Source: Dehalococcoidia bacterium (GTDB lineage: Bacteria; Chloroflexota; Dehalococcoidia; Dehalococcoidales; RBG-16-60-22). From it: a stretch of DNA of 64,000 nucleotides. The notes under the pieces are model-generated. The model was not told the origin of the DNA and did not search any database. It worked only from the letters and a program-made list of their open reading frames with translations. How positions within the stretch are numbered: the first letter of the stretch is position 1; each line of letters starts with the position of its first letter. Shown one piece after another: positions 9,492 to 18,602 of the stretch. The translations under genes and the position numbers were made by a program. The stretch is from the NCBI GenBank assembly GCA_011174815.1, contig DUFF01000069.1:5603-69602 (forward strand). Reading direction: 5' to 3'.

Positions 9492-10277
9492 TTATAGGAA
9501 CCCATCATCCTTCAGCCGACTGATAAGACAATCAACCTGGTCTTCCACGTCTCCCTGAAATATCTCGCCCCGGCAGACCCGCTGCGGCGAGAATATCCTG
9601 ACGACCCGGGTAAAAGAGCCGGACAGGCCGACCTTGTCCGGGTCCGCATTTAACTCTTCAACTCCCCAGACCGGAATGGAGGCGCTTTTCGACCGCGCTA
9701 TGCCGCGCAGCGAGGGCAGGCGCGGCGTGTTTATCTCCTTGACCACGGTAAGCACGGTAGGAAGAGAACTTTCCATAATTTCGTACCCGTCTTCCACCAT
9801 GCGCCGGACGCGCATTTCGCCATCGGCTACCTCCTCTATCTGGCTGACATAGGCGATAAACGGCAAAGCCAGCATCTCGGCGAGCTGGGGGCCAACCTGC
9901 CCGGTGTCACCATCCAGCGTCTGCCGACCGCAGATGATAAGGTCATACTTCTCCAGTTTACGAAGCGCCATAAAGAGGGTGCAGGAGGTCGCCCAAGTAT
10001 CGGCGCCGGCAAATGCCGGGTCGCTCAACAGAATACCCTCGTCGGCACCCAGGGAGATGGCTTCCTTCAGGGCGGTTTCCGCCTGCGGCGGCCCCATGCT
10101 GATAGCGGTTACTTTGCCGCCAAATCTCTCCCTCAGTCGGACGCCTTCCTCAATGGCATAGGTGTCAAAAGGGTTGATGATGTTCTCAATGCCCTGACGT
10201 ATCAGAGTGTTGGTCTCGGGGTCAATTTTTACCTGCGTGGTGCCGGGAACCTGTTTCAGACAGACGACGACGTTCAT
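9492..10277 (-). CDS. etfB: Electron transfer flavoprotein beta subunit
   Basis: 261 aa starting MNVVVCLKQVP, with an ETF beta fold pattern. Overlaps the stop of the acyl-CoA dehydrogenase by 4 nt. Confidence 0.88.
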   Translation of the reverse strand: MNVVVCLKQVPGTTQVKIDPETNTLIRQGIENIINPFDTYAIEEGVRLRERFGGKVTAISMGPPQAETALKEAISLGADEGILLSDPAFAGADTWATSCTLFMALRKLEKYDLIICGRQTLDGDTGQVGPQLAEMLALPFIAYVSQIEEVADGEMRVRRMVEDGYEIMESSLPTVLTVVKEINTPRLPSLRGIARSKSASIPVWGVEELNADPDKVGLSGSFTRVVRIFSPQRVCRGEIFQGDVEDQVDCLISRLKDDGFL

Positions 10278-11431
10278 TCCGTCCTTGCCTTCCGCTTCCT
10301 CAGTTCCACGGCAATGGCGTTGCGCAAAATTTGATTGGCGCCTTCATATATCTGGGTGATTTTGGCATCCCGCATCATTTTCTCGACGGGGTAGTCCTTC
10401 ATATAGCCGGTGCCGCCGCAGACCTGCACCGCGTCCGTGGTCACTTTCATCGCCACGTCCGAGGCAAAGACTTTGGCCATGGCTGATTCTTCGGTGATTT
10501 TCCGGGCGCCGCTGTCCACCGTCCGCGCCGCGGCATATACCAGCGCCCGGGCCGCTTCCACCTGAATGGCCATCTCTGCCAGCATGTCCTGCACCACCGG
10601 CAGGGAGATAATCGGCTGGCCGAACTGGATACGCTGCTGGGCATAGTCCACCGCCGCCTCCAGCGCCCCCTGTGCGATGCCCACCGCCTGCGCCCCAATG
10701 CCCGGCCGTGAGCGGTCGAAGAGGCGCATCGCCTGGATAAACCCCATGCCCTCCCTGCCGATGAGGTTCTCCTCCGGCACGAGACAGTTGCGGAAGATGA
10801 GCTCCCTCGTGACCGAGGCCCGGATACCCATTTTTTTCTCCTCCTTGCCGAAGGTGAAGCCCGATGTGCCTTTCTCGACGAGGATAGCACTGGCACCGCG
10901 GGCACCCCTGGACGGGTCGGTCAGAACAATAACCGTGTAAAGCTCGGCCTCACCGGCGTTGGTGATGAACTGCTTGGTGCCGTTGAGCCGATAGCCGCCT
11001 TCAACTTTTTCCGCGGTCATCCTGATGGCGCTGGCATCGCTGCCCGCCGTGGCCTCGCTGATGGCGAAGGCGGTCAATTTTTTACCGGCAGCAATATCGG
11101 GAAGATACCTTTTTTTCTGTTCCTCAGTGCCATACTCTATCAGGGTGTAGGAGCCAAGGGCATTCACCGCGTAGGTGGCCGCCACGCCGCCGCATACCCG
11201 GCTCAACTCCTCCACCACCAGGCACAGTTCCAGACAGCCGCCGCCCAGTCCTTCATATTCCTCCGGGACAAAAACGCGGAACATATCGGCATCCGCTAGG
11301 TCCCTGATGATTGCCCAGGGGAACTCTTCTTTCTCATCCAGCTCGGCGCGGACCGGCAGGACTCTCTCCTCGGCAATCTTCCGGGCCAGACTTTTGATTG
11401 TCTTTTGCTCTTCAGTCAGAAAATATTCCAA
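10274..11431 (-). CDS. Acyl-CoA dehydrogenase (butyryl-CoA dehydrogenase-like)
   Basis: 385 aa with ISEATAGSDA and QVCGGTGYMKDYPVEKMMRDAKITQIYEGANQI. Forms an operon with etfBA. Confidence 0.9.
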   Translation of the reverse strand: MEYFLTEEQKTIKSLARKIAEERVLPVRAELDEKEEFPWAIIRDLADADMFRVFVPEEYEGLGGGCLELCLVVEELSRVCGGVAATYAVNALGSYTLIEYGTEEQKKRYLPDIAAGKKLTAFAISEATAGSDASAIRMTAEKVEGGYRLNGTKQFITNAGEAELYTVIVLTDPSRGARGASAILVEKGTSGFTFGKEEKKMGIRASVTRELIFRNCLVPEENLIGREGMGFIQAMRLFDRSRPGIGAQAVGIAQGALEAAVDYAQQRIQFGQPIISLPVVQDMLAEMAIQVEAARALVYAAARTVDSGARKITEESAMAKVFASDVAMKVTTDAVQVCGGTGYMKDYPVEKMMRDAKITQIYEGANQILRNAIAVELRKRKARTE

Positions 11432-11626
11432 GGAAAGGCTCCTTTCTCATCCAAGCGGCACCATAAGCTGATAAAAATCAAGTAAAATTATAGGTAAAGC
11501 CCTGGCTGGCGTCAAGGCAGGAGCCTGACATCCATCTTGACAAGGGCCGTTGTGACGGCTATACTACCGATTGCCGATTATATAAGGGCCATTAGTCTAT
11601 TATCTATTATAAAGGGGGTGAATCCG

Positions 11627-11857
11627 GTGGCGGCCAAGGCATTTGTATTGATTGAGACAGAGGTGGGTAAAACCAAAGATGTGGTTACTGCCCTTAAGAA
11701 ACTGAACGGGGTTTTGTCGGTGGATACCGTAACCGGTCCTTATGACATCATTGCTATATTGCAGGGTGAAAGCCTGAATGATATTGGCGACCTGGTTACC
11801 GGCAAGATTCACCCCATTCCCGGCATATCCCGCACGGTGACCTGCCTGGCAATCTAA
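11627..11857 (+). CDS. Stand-alone Lrp/AsnC ligand-binding (RAM) domain protein
   Basis: AKAFVLIETEVGKTKDVVTALKKLNGVLSVDTVTGPYDIIAILQGE. The probable start is the GTG at 11627 (or 11618) after aaaggggg. The ORF-track start at 11537 looks too far upstream. Confidence 0.7.
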   Translation: MAAKAFVLIETEVGKTKDVVTALKKLNGVLSVDTVTGPYDIIAILQGESLNDIGDLVTGKIHPIPGISRTVTCLAI

Positions 11858-11858
11858 G

Positions 11859-12722
11859 CTACGCTTTCAATACCCTCAATACCTCATTAACTATCTGCTC
11901 ATCAGTGGAAGCGCCCGCCGTTACTCCAATGTGACGTTTGTTTTCCAGCCAGGAAGGCTGGATTTCAGCCGCGGTTTCCACCAGATGAGTCTCCGTTACC
12001 TGAGAGCATAATTCCGCCAGACGATTGGTATTGGCGCTGTGATGCCCGCCCACCACCAGCATCAGGTCCACCTGGCCGGCCAGTTCAATGGCGGCTGCCT
12101 GGCGTCCCCTGATATCATGGCAGATGGTGTCAATAATCCGCATTTCCGAATCCCGGACAAAAACAGTGTCAATCAGTTTCTTGACGAACTCGGTGAATTG
12201 GGTTGGCACCTGCGTGGTCTGGGATAAAATTCCGATGCGGCGCGGTATCTGGTCCAGCTTGGCCAGAAATTTCTCGTCAAACGCAGCAATGCCCTTTCCC
12301 TTGGTCCAACCGAGGATACCCTTGACCTCCGGATGTTCAGCATCACCGAAGATAACCACGAAAAAGCCGGCTTCCGCCAGCCTCCGGGCCGCGGCCTGCG
12401 CTCGAAGTACGAATGGACAGGTGGTGCTGATGATCTCAATGTTGCGGGCCTTTATCGCCTCCTCAAGCTGCGGGCTTATCCCGTGAGAGCTGGTTACCAC
12501 CACATCGCCGCTTATATCTTCAACGTTTTTCGCTACCTTCACGCCGATCTCCGCCAGCTTCTGCAGCACCTGCCGGTTATGCACCACCGCCCCCAGTGTT
12601 TCCACGCCGCCACGCTCTCGGGCCACCTTCTCCAGTATATCGAGAGCGCGCTTAACACCAAAGCAGAAACCTACCTTGTCCGCCTTTTCAATTGCCATCA
12701 GGCTAGCTTTTTTCGCCACCAT
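11859..12722 (-). CDS. ispH: 4-hydroxy-3-methylbut-2-enyl diphosphate reductase
   Basis: Has GFCFGVKRA, VVHNRQV, TTCPFV and SANTNRL. I prefer the start at 12722 (GGGGG SD). The ORF-track start is 12758. Confidence 0.88.
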   Translation of the reverse strand: MVAKKASLMAIEKADKVGFCFGVKRALDILEKVARERGGVETLGAVVHNRQVLQKLAEIGVKVAKNVEDISGDVVVTSSHGISPQLEEAIKARNIEIISTTCPFVLRAQAAARRLAEAGFFVVIFGDAEHPEVKGILGWTKGKGIAAFDEKFLAKLDQIPRRIGILSQTTQVPTQFTEFVKKLIDTVFVRDSEMRIIDTICHDIRGRQAAAIELAGQVDLMLVVGGHHSANTNRLAELCSQVTETHLVETAAEIQPSWLENKRHIGVTAGASTDEQIVNEVLRVLKA

Positions 12723-13344
12723 ATTGCCCCCGGTATTTTTCGGGCAACAGCTCGGCAATCTGAGCCATTATGGAACCTGTGAACTCCGCAAGCTGTTCTT
12801 TGGTCACCTTGCCGTTTACCGACGGAAGATGGAACGGACGGCCAATATTCACTGTGATCCGGGGCCGGCGCAGCCACCAGGTGGAACCGGTTATCTTTTC
12901 CGTGCCTGATATTCCCACCGGCAATATCGGGACACCGTTACGCACCGCGATAAGTGCTGGCCCGGAAAAGGCGTCTACCATCTGCGCCTCCATGCTGCGT
13001 CGCCCCTCCGGAAACACTATCAGCGCTCTGCCCCGGCCGAACCACTGCTCGGCGAAGCGCAGGGCATCACGGTTCATGCCGCCGCGCCGTATCGGAAAGG
13101 AGCCGTAGTTCTGGACGAAGTATCTCGAGACCCGGGACCGGAATAACTCCTCTTTGGCCAGGAACATCGCCTGCCGGTTGATGCTGAGACCCATTATCGG
13201 CGGGTCTGCCAGGCTGAGGTGGTTGGCCGCAACCAGCAGCGGGCCTTCCTTCGGGATATGCTCCCGGCCCAGCACCCGCCAGCGGGCAAAGAGAAAAAGA
13301 ACCACCCGGGTAAAATAACGGCCTCCGTAATATATCCAGTGCAT
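12703..13344 (-). CDS. plsC: 1-acyl-sn-glycerol-3-phosphate acyltransferase
   Basis: 213 aa with NHLSLADPP (HX4D) and FPEGRRS. Confidence 0.85.
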   Translation of the reverse strand: MHWIYYGGRYFTRVVLFLFARWRVLGREHIPKEGPLLVAANHLSLADPPIMGLSINRQAMFLAKEELFRSRVSRYFVQNYGSFPIRRGGMNRDALRFAEQWFGRGRALIVFPEGRRSMEAQMVDAFSGPALIAVRNGVPILPVGISGTEKITGSTWWLRRPRITVNIGRPFHLPSVNGKVTKEQLAEFTGSIMAQIAELLPEKYRGQYGGEKS

Positions 13345-13432
13345 TTTTGTACTTCAATAAGAAGGCAGTAGTATCTTTCAATTATAACGGTGAGACAGGT
13401 TAAAAACAATCACCATGGGAATATGTTGATTT

Positions 13433-15199
13433 TTACAGAATCAGGTTCAGCAGCCCGCCCACGGAGAGGGCCACGACAATCATGATGGCGGCGGCCTTGA
13501 GCATTCCTGTTGTGCCCAGCTCCCTGAGGAGCACCACAAAGGTGGCGATGCAGGGGAAGAACATGGCCAGCACCACGCTGCCCACCACCAGCTGTCCCGA
13601 GGTCAATGCCAGAGGCGCCAGCATACCGATAGCCACATCCTTGCGCAGGAAGCCTATCGCCAGCGCCACCACCGCTTCCTTGGGTAAACCCAGCAGGCCG
13701 GTTACCACCGGTGCCGTGAAATCGGCGATGACATCGAAGAAGCCGACGGCATACAGTATGTTCATCACCAGCACAGCGCCCAAAATGATAGGTATGGCTT
13801 CATGCAGGAAACCGTGAACCCGGAGCCACAGCTTCTGCAGCACGGTCCGCCAGGGCGGTATACGATAGGGCGGTATCTCAATTAACAGCTCGGGGCTGAA
13901 CCCCTTCACCACACGGTTGAGAACGAAGCCGAGAACCACCCAGACCACAAACAGGGTCCCGTAGACCATGGCAACGTATTGAATCCCGCGCTGTCCCACC
14001 AGACCGAAGACCATTGCCTGCAGCGCCGCACAGGGCACTGCGATGGAGATGAGTGTGGCCGCGATGAACCTCTCCCGTTTGCTTTCCAGTATCCTGGTCG
14101 CCAGAATCGCCGGCACATTGCAGCCCAGCCCCAGCAGCGTGGGGATAATGGCGTAGCCGTGCAGTCCCAGGCGGTGCATAATGGTATCCATAAGAACGGC
14201 CAGCCGCGGCAGGTAACCGATGTCCTCAAGCAGGCCAAGCACAAGATAGAAAGAAACGATATAGGGTAGTACCATGGCAAAAGGAACGTAGAGGCCGGTG
14301 GTCAGCAGTCCGAATGACTCGATGTAGTTGACCTCGCCGGCCGCAATATTGCCGAGCAATATGTCATGGAGGATGCCGGAGCCGCCCAGAAGGTTGCTCA
14401 AAAACAGGACTACCGGCGTCCAGAGATATTCAAATATAGGGTCCAGAACATAGGTAATCAGGCTCTCGCCGATGAAGCGTATGCCGAGGAACGTGCCCAC
14501 CAGAACCACCGCTGCGATAATTATGCCGGTAAAAGGCCGGACGCTGGCGTCCTCCAGGCGTTCCAGCCAGGTATGGTGACGGTGGGTGACCTGCTGTACC
14601 TGTTCGGTAATGCTGCCGATGGCGGCCCACCGCTCGTCGTGGCTAATTGGCGGCCGCCTGGGCGCTCTGGCTGCAGGAATGCTTTCCACCAGCTCCTTGA
14701 TTCCCTGGCCGCTCACCGCCACCGTGGGAATAACGGGAACGCCGAGCAACTCCTCAAGTCGCTTTAAATCAATGTGGATGCCACGGTGGCCGACATCGTC
14801 CCACATGTTAAGGGCGACAACCATCGGGATGTCCTTCTCCAGTAACTGGAGGGTCAAGTTGAGGTTTCTCTCCAGGTTGGTGGCATCGATAACATTGATG
14901 ACCACGTCGCCTGTTGCCAGCATCTGCAGGGCGATTTCCTCCGCCTCACAGCTTGGCTCCAAGCCATAGGTGCCGGGGACATCGATCACCTCCGCCATCT
15001 CCTCCCCGACTTTCATCAATCCATGTGTGTAGCCCACCGTGGTTCCCGGATAGTTAGAGGCGATAACCCGCACGCCGGTCAGCCGTGAGAAAACCACGCT
15101 CTTGCCCACATTGGGGTTTCCCATGAGGAGGATTTTCCTTAAGTCTCTCTTTCCGCCCCGGCGCTTTCTAACGTTGGTTTTCACACCATGACACGCCAT
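13433..15199 (-). CDS. feoB: Ferrous iron transporter FeoB
   Basis: G-domain GNPNVGKSVVFSRLTG followed by a polytopic membrane domain. The start at 15199 (MACHGVK, SD ggaggaggggg) avoids overlap with feoA. The ORF-track start is 15253. Confidence 0.9.
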   Translation of the reverse strand: MACHGVKTNVRKRRGGKRDLRKILLMGNPNVGKSVVFSRLTGVRVIASNYPGTTVGYTHGLMKVGEEMAEVIDVPGTYGLEPSCEAEEIALQMLATGDVVINVIDATNLERNLNLTLQLLEKDIPMVVALNMWDDVGHRGIHIDLKRLEELLGVPVIPTVAVSGQGIKELVESIPAARAPRRPPISHDERWAAIGSITEQVQQVTHRHHTWLERLEDASVRPFTGIIIAAVVLVGTFLGIRFIGESLITYVLDPIFEYLWTPVVLFLSNLLGGSGILHDILLGNIAAGEVNYIESFGLLTTGLYVPFAMVLPYIVSFYLVLGLLEDIGYLPRLAVLMDTIMHRLGLHGYAIIPTLLGLGCNVPAILATRILESKRERFIAATLISIAVPCAALQAMVFGLVGQRGIQYVAMVYGTLFVVWVVLGFVLNRVVKGFSPELLIEIPPYRIPPWRTVLQKLWLRVHGFLHEAIPIILGAVLVMNILYAVGFFDVIADFTAPVVTGLLGLPKEAVVALAIGFLRKDVAIGMLAPLALTSGQLVVGSVVLAMFFPCIATFVVLLRELGTTGMLKAAAIMIVVALSVGGLLNLIL

Positions 15200-15212
15200 T
15201 CCCCCTCCTCCA

Positions 15213-15458
15213 TCACTGCTCAAGCTCAACCAGAATCCTGCTTGCCATGCCAAATCCGACGGCCAGCCGTGTACCGCCCACCTGCACCGTTACCGGTCCC
15301 CGCATCAGCATCGAGCTTAACTTGGTAATTTTTCTGCCCGGCCTGATGCCCAGAGCGCTGAGGCGGCCCACCAGTCCCACCCCTCCATCTACCCCCACCA
15401 CCCGGCCACTCTGGCCGGGATACATCTGACTTAAATTCAACCGCTTCGTTACCGTCAT
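15213..15458 (-). CDS. feoA: FeoA family protein
   Basis: 81 aa SH3-like FeoA pattern: LSQMYPGQSGRVVGV...RLSALGIRPG. Confidence 0.85.
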   Translation of the reverse strand: MTVTKRLNLSQMYPGQSGRVVGVDGGVGLVGRLSALGIRPGRKITKLSSMLMRGPVTVQVGGTRLAVGFGMASRILVELEQ

Positions 15459-15486
15459 ATTTCACCTTTTCTATGGAACAATGATG

Positions 15487-15933
15487 TCACCGCCGGCGTG
15501 CTCGACGACACCGGTCACAGTAGCCGGCGACACTTATTTCCACTTCATTAATATCAAAGCCTTTCATTTCCGGCACTGCCTTTTTCAGGTAGCGGGATAA
15601 TGGATAGCTGAATTCAATCACCCGGCCACAGCCAAGGCACACCAGATGATGATGCTCCCGGGCCGGTTTCGCCTCATAGTGGTGATGGTTTTCCCCAAAA
15701 TGCAGCTCGTCTACCATATCCAGCTCTTTCAGCATATGCAGGGTGCGATAAACCGTGGAAAGGCTGAGGCGTGACTCCCTCTCGCGGGCACGACGGAATA
15801 TCTCATCGGCATCAAGATGCCCCCGCCCCTGACGGATGATGTCCATGACCAAGGCGCGCTGAGGGGTAAATCTCTTCCCGGCATCATTCAGTTTTCTGCG
15901 GCTAGAGTTCATCTTAATGCTACCCGAATACAT
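15487..15933 (-). CDS. fur: Fur-family metalloregulator
   Basis: 148 aa with RFTPQRALVMDII, HHHLVCLGCGRV and GYCDRC. Lies upstream of feoAB. An alternative start is M8 at 15912. Confidence 0.85.
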   Translation of the reverse strand: MYSGSIKMNSSRRKLNDAGKRFTPQRALVMDIIRQGRGHLDADEIFRRARERESRLSLSTVYRTLHMLKELDMVDELHFGENHHHYEAKPAREHHHLVCLGCGRVIEFSYPLSRYLKKAVPEMKGFDINEVEISVAGYCDRCRRARRR

Positions 15934-15941
15934 TAATGCAA

Positions 15942-15958
15942 TTGCAAATCATTTGCAA
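15942..15958. promoter_or_regulatory. Perfect 8-1-8 palindrome TTGCAAATcATTTGCAA; candidate Fur-family operator
   Basis: Read directly at 15942-15958 in the AT-rich fur-feoAB upstream region, 9-30 nt from the candidate fur starts. Confidence 0.5.
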
Positions 15959-16011
15959 TAATAATTATATATTATATTCTTTTTCCTGTCAACAAGAACA
16001 TTTAACGGCGG

Positions 16012-17253
16012 TCATCGCCTTCTGAGCAATACCGAGGCCCAGCCGATAATGATGATGGCGATGATTATGGCCGCCGCCGAATTTACCAGCAGCATGGCTG
16101 GTGCTCCCCAGAAGCTGGCACCGGCGCCGGTGAGCAGGTTGCCCAGTGGCAGCGTGCCTACGGCAAAGGCACGGGCGCCGGAAATCCGTCCCCGCATTTC
16201 CTCCACTGACCACATCATCAGCAGCGACTGGATAAGCGCCATGCTCATTCCCTGATTCAATCCAGTCATAACCAGAAGAAACAGCGACAGGGAAAAGAGA
16301 CGTGAGAAGGCAAAAATCATCAAGATGGCCGGCCAGGCAATGGTTACTATAACCAGCAGCCGGCCCCGGTTAATTGAATCCGGCAGTATGGCGACCAGCA
16401 AAGGGCCAAGGGTATTGCCGAGCCCGATTGCCGCCATAAGCTGTCCATAGCCAGTTACCTCGGTGTGCAGCACATCGCGGGCAAATACCGGGATTAAGGT
16501 AAACCAGTACGGGAAAACAAAGAGATTTACCAGAGCGGCGATAAGTATCAGTGCCGAAAGAGAGCGGTCTTTTCTTATATAGTGGAAGCCCGCCATCAGG
16601 TTCCGCCATATTGATTCCCGGGCCACTGGCCCCGGCAGAGATTCGATTTTCATTGGCAAGAGGGCTAGAAATGACAGGCAGAAACTACCGGCAATCAAGG
16701 CGAAGCAGCCGCTGGCCCCGATAACCTCGAGCAGGCTCCCTCCGAGGAGCGGCCCCAGTATGGTGGTGCTGCCCTGTGACACAAATAAAAGGGAAATCGC
16801 CGCGACCACATGCTGCCTCTTGACGATATCGGCCGCCGCAGCATGCCGGGTGGAGTAATCAAAGGTATATGACACGCCACCGACCAGAGTAAACAGAAAG
16901 AGATGCCAGACCTCCAAGCTTGAGGTAAGAAACAGGGCCATGATAGTCAGAGCGCCAAGAGCATAAACCGCCTGCACTGTAATCAGAATCTGGCGTCTGC
17001 TGAACCGGTCAGCAATAGCGCCGCAGAAAGGTCCCAGCAGCATGGAAACAAAGCGGCAGGTGCCCAGCAATCCGACCATAAAAGGGGAATCGGTCAGCTC
17101 CAGAACCAGCCAGGCACCGACCACGGTCTCCATCCAGCGGCCGATATAGGTGCCCAGCGAAGAGAGGAAAAGAAGGCGGTATTGCGGATAGTGCCAGGCG
17201 GATAGGAAAAGGTGGTGTTCCGTGGTAGAGGCTTCTGATTCAGGCAATATCAC
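16012..17253 (-). CDS. MFS transporter
   Basis: 413 aa with about 12 predicted TM helices and MFS-like loop motifs (DRFSRRQ). Confidence 0.8.
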   Translation of the reverse strand: MILPESEASTTEHHLFLSAWHYPQYRLLFLSSLGTYIGRWMETVVGAWLVLELTDSPFMVGLLGTCRFVSMLLGPFCGAIADRFSRRQILITVQAVYALGALTIMALFLTSSLEVWHLFLFTLVGGVSYTFDYSTRHAAAADIVKRQHVVAAISLLFVSQGSTTILGPLLGGSLLEVIGASGCFALIAGSFCLSFLALLPMKIESLPGPVARESIWRNLMAGFHYIRKDRSLSALILIAALVNLFVFPYWFTLIPVFARDVLHTEVTGYGQLMAAIGLGNTLGPLLVAILPDSINRGRLLVIVTIAWPAILMIFAFSRLFSLSLFLLVMTGLNQGMSMALIQSLLMMWSVEEMRGRISGARAFAVGTLPLGNLLTGAGASFWGAPAMLLVNSAAAIIIAIIIIGWASVLLRRR

Positions 17254-17265
17254 CCTCCACAGGCT

Positions 17266-18081
17266 TCAGCCCCCTATCCTGCTTTTGATTTCAGGCATGG
17301 CAGCCTGTGCCGCCACCTCCCCTAGCTTTATGCACTCACGGGCTCGGTGAAACTCCGCCGCCCCGATATGTACCACGTCAGGCTCAATCACAACGTCAGC
17401 TTTCTCCAGGCTTGACCTCACCAACGAATAGGCGCCGATGTGTATGGATTGAACCAAAACGTGGATGATATTCGGCTCCCGGGTGCTTTTTGGGCTTTTC
17501 TTAACTGGCGGGTGAAAACGGTCAAGCACGCCGGGGATGACATTGACAGCAATGATAAAATCGGCGCCCATTTCCTGAACCAGGTTCACCGGCACCGGGT
17601 TGGTCAGGCGGCCATCCACCAGGTATCTGCCTCCCCGTTTTACCAAGGTAAATACGCCGGGGATGGACATGCTGGCCCTGACTGCCTCTATCACGGAACC
17701 TCGGCCGAGCACGACCGCCTCCCCGGTATCGATATCAGTCGCGGTGCAGGCGAAGGGAATCCGCAGGTCACTGAATTTCACATTGCCACCAAGAAACTGG
17801 ACCAGCTGGTCGCTGATTTTTCTCCCCTTGATGAGGCCGGTCCTGGGCAGGGCGGGATCGATGAAGCGGGTTAACCGGCCCTTTGACAGCGCCGTAACCT
17901 GCTCCTTTATCTGCGCCGCGTTTTTATGACGGGCGTAGAGGGCACCGACAATGGCGCCAGCACTCGTGCCCGCAATCAGGTCAACTGGAATGCCCTCTCT
18001 CTCCAGGACATTGAGGACGCCGATGTGCGCCAGTCCCCGTGCCGCACCGCCACCCAGCGCCAGGCCAATCTTCTTCCCCAT
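17266..18081 (-). CDS. Patatin-like phospholipase
   Basis: 271 aa with GGGAARGLAHIGVL (oxyanion hole), GTSAGA (GxSxG) and VDGRL (catalytic Asp). Confidence 0.88.
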   Translation of the reverse strand: MGKKIGLALGGGAARGLAHIGVLNVLEREGIPVDLIAGTSAGAIVGALYARHKNAAQIKEQVTALSKGRLTRFIDPALPRTGLIKGRKISDQLVQFLGGNVKFSDLRIPFACTATDIDTGEAVVLGRGSVIEAVRASMSIPGVFTLVKRGGRYLVDGRLTNPVPVNLVQEMGADFIIAVNVIPGVLDRFHPPVKKSPKSTREPNIIHVLVQSIHIGAYSLVRSSLEKADVVIEPDVVHIGAAEFHRARECIKLGEVAAQAAMPEIKSRIGG

Positions 18082-18085
18082 CAGC

Positions 18086-18553
18086 TCAAGCTCTCCTCAA
18101 AAACCAAGGATGGAAATGGATAAATTTGCCCTGGTAAAAGAGCAGGACCATAACGCCCAGGACAAGCATCATGACATCGATATATAGCGCGCCAGCAACG
18201 GACAAGCTGTACTCTGCCCAGCTCTCCGCAGCGCCAAAACAACCGCAGGGCTTATCCCCCAGCCCCTGAGCAAGCAGTATGCCGTTATTGACAATCAAGC
18301 CCACGATAAGCGCCAGTCCCAGGGAAGCTACCAGCCTGGCGGCAATTCCAGCGATGAGGAGCACGCCAATTACTATCTCGATGTAAGACAGCCAGCGGAA
18401 GATAAACTTATCCACCACCGTGGGCAGAAATTCCGGGAAAACGAAAATAACAAAAGATTCCGTCTGGTTGAGCGTTTTCCCCAGACCAGCGGCCAGAAAA
18501 ATGAGGCCCAGGATGATGCCAGCGCCTACGACTAACCAGTTAAGACGTGTCAT
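18086..18553 (-). CDS. MauE/DoxX-family membrane protein
   Basis: The start at MTRLNWLVVGAG (18553) avoids overlap with the HerA gene. Four TM helices and the CGCFG motif typical of MauE. Confidence 0.65.
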   Translation of the reverse strand: MTRLNWLVVGAGIILGLIFLAAGLGKTLNQTESFVIFVFPEFLPTVVDKFIFRWLSYIEIVIGVLLIAGIAARLVASLGLALIVGLIVNNGILLAQGLGDKPCGCFGAAESWAEYSLSVAGALYIDVMMLVLGVMVLLFYQGKFIHFHPWFLRRA

Positions 18554-18602
18554 GATACAATTCAGTCCAATCGTTTGTACTCCCTGCGGCAGGCCAACCC
18601 CC

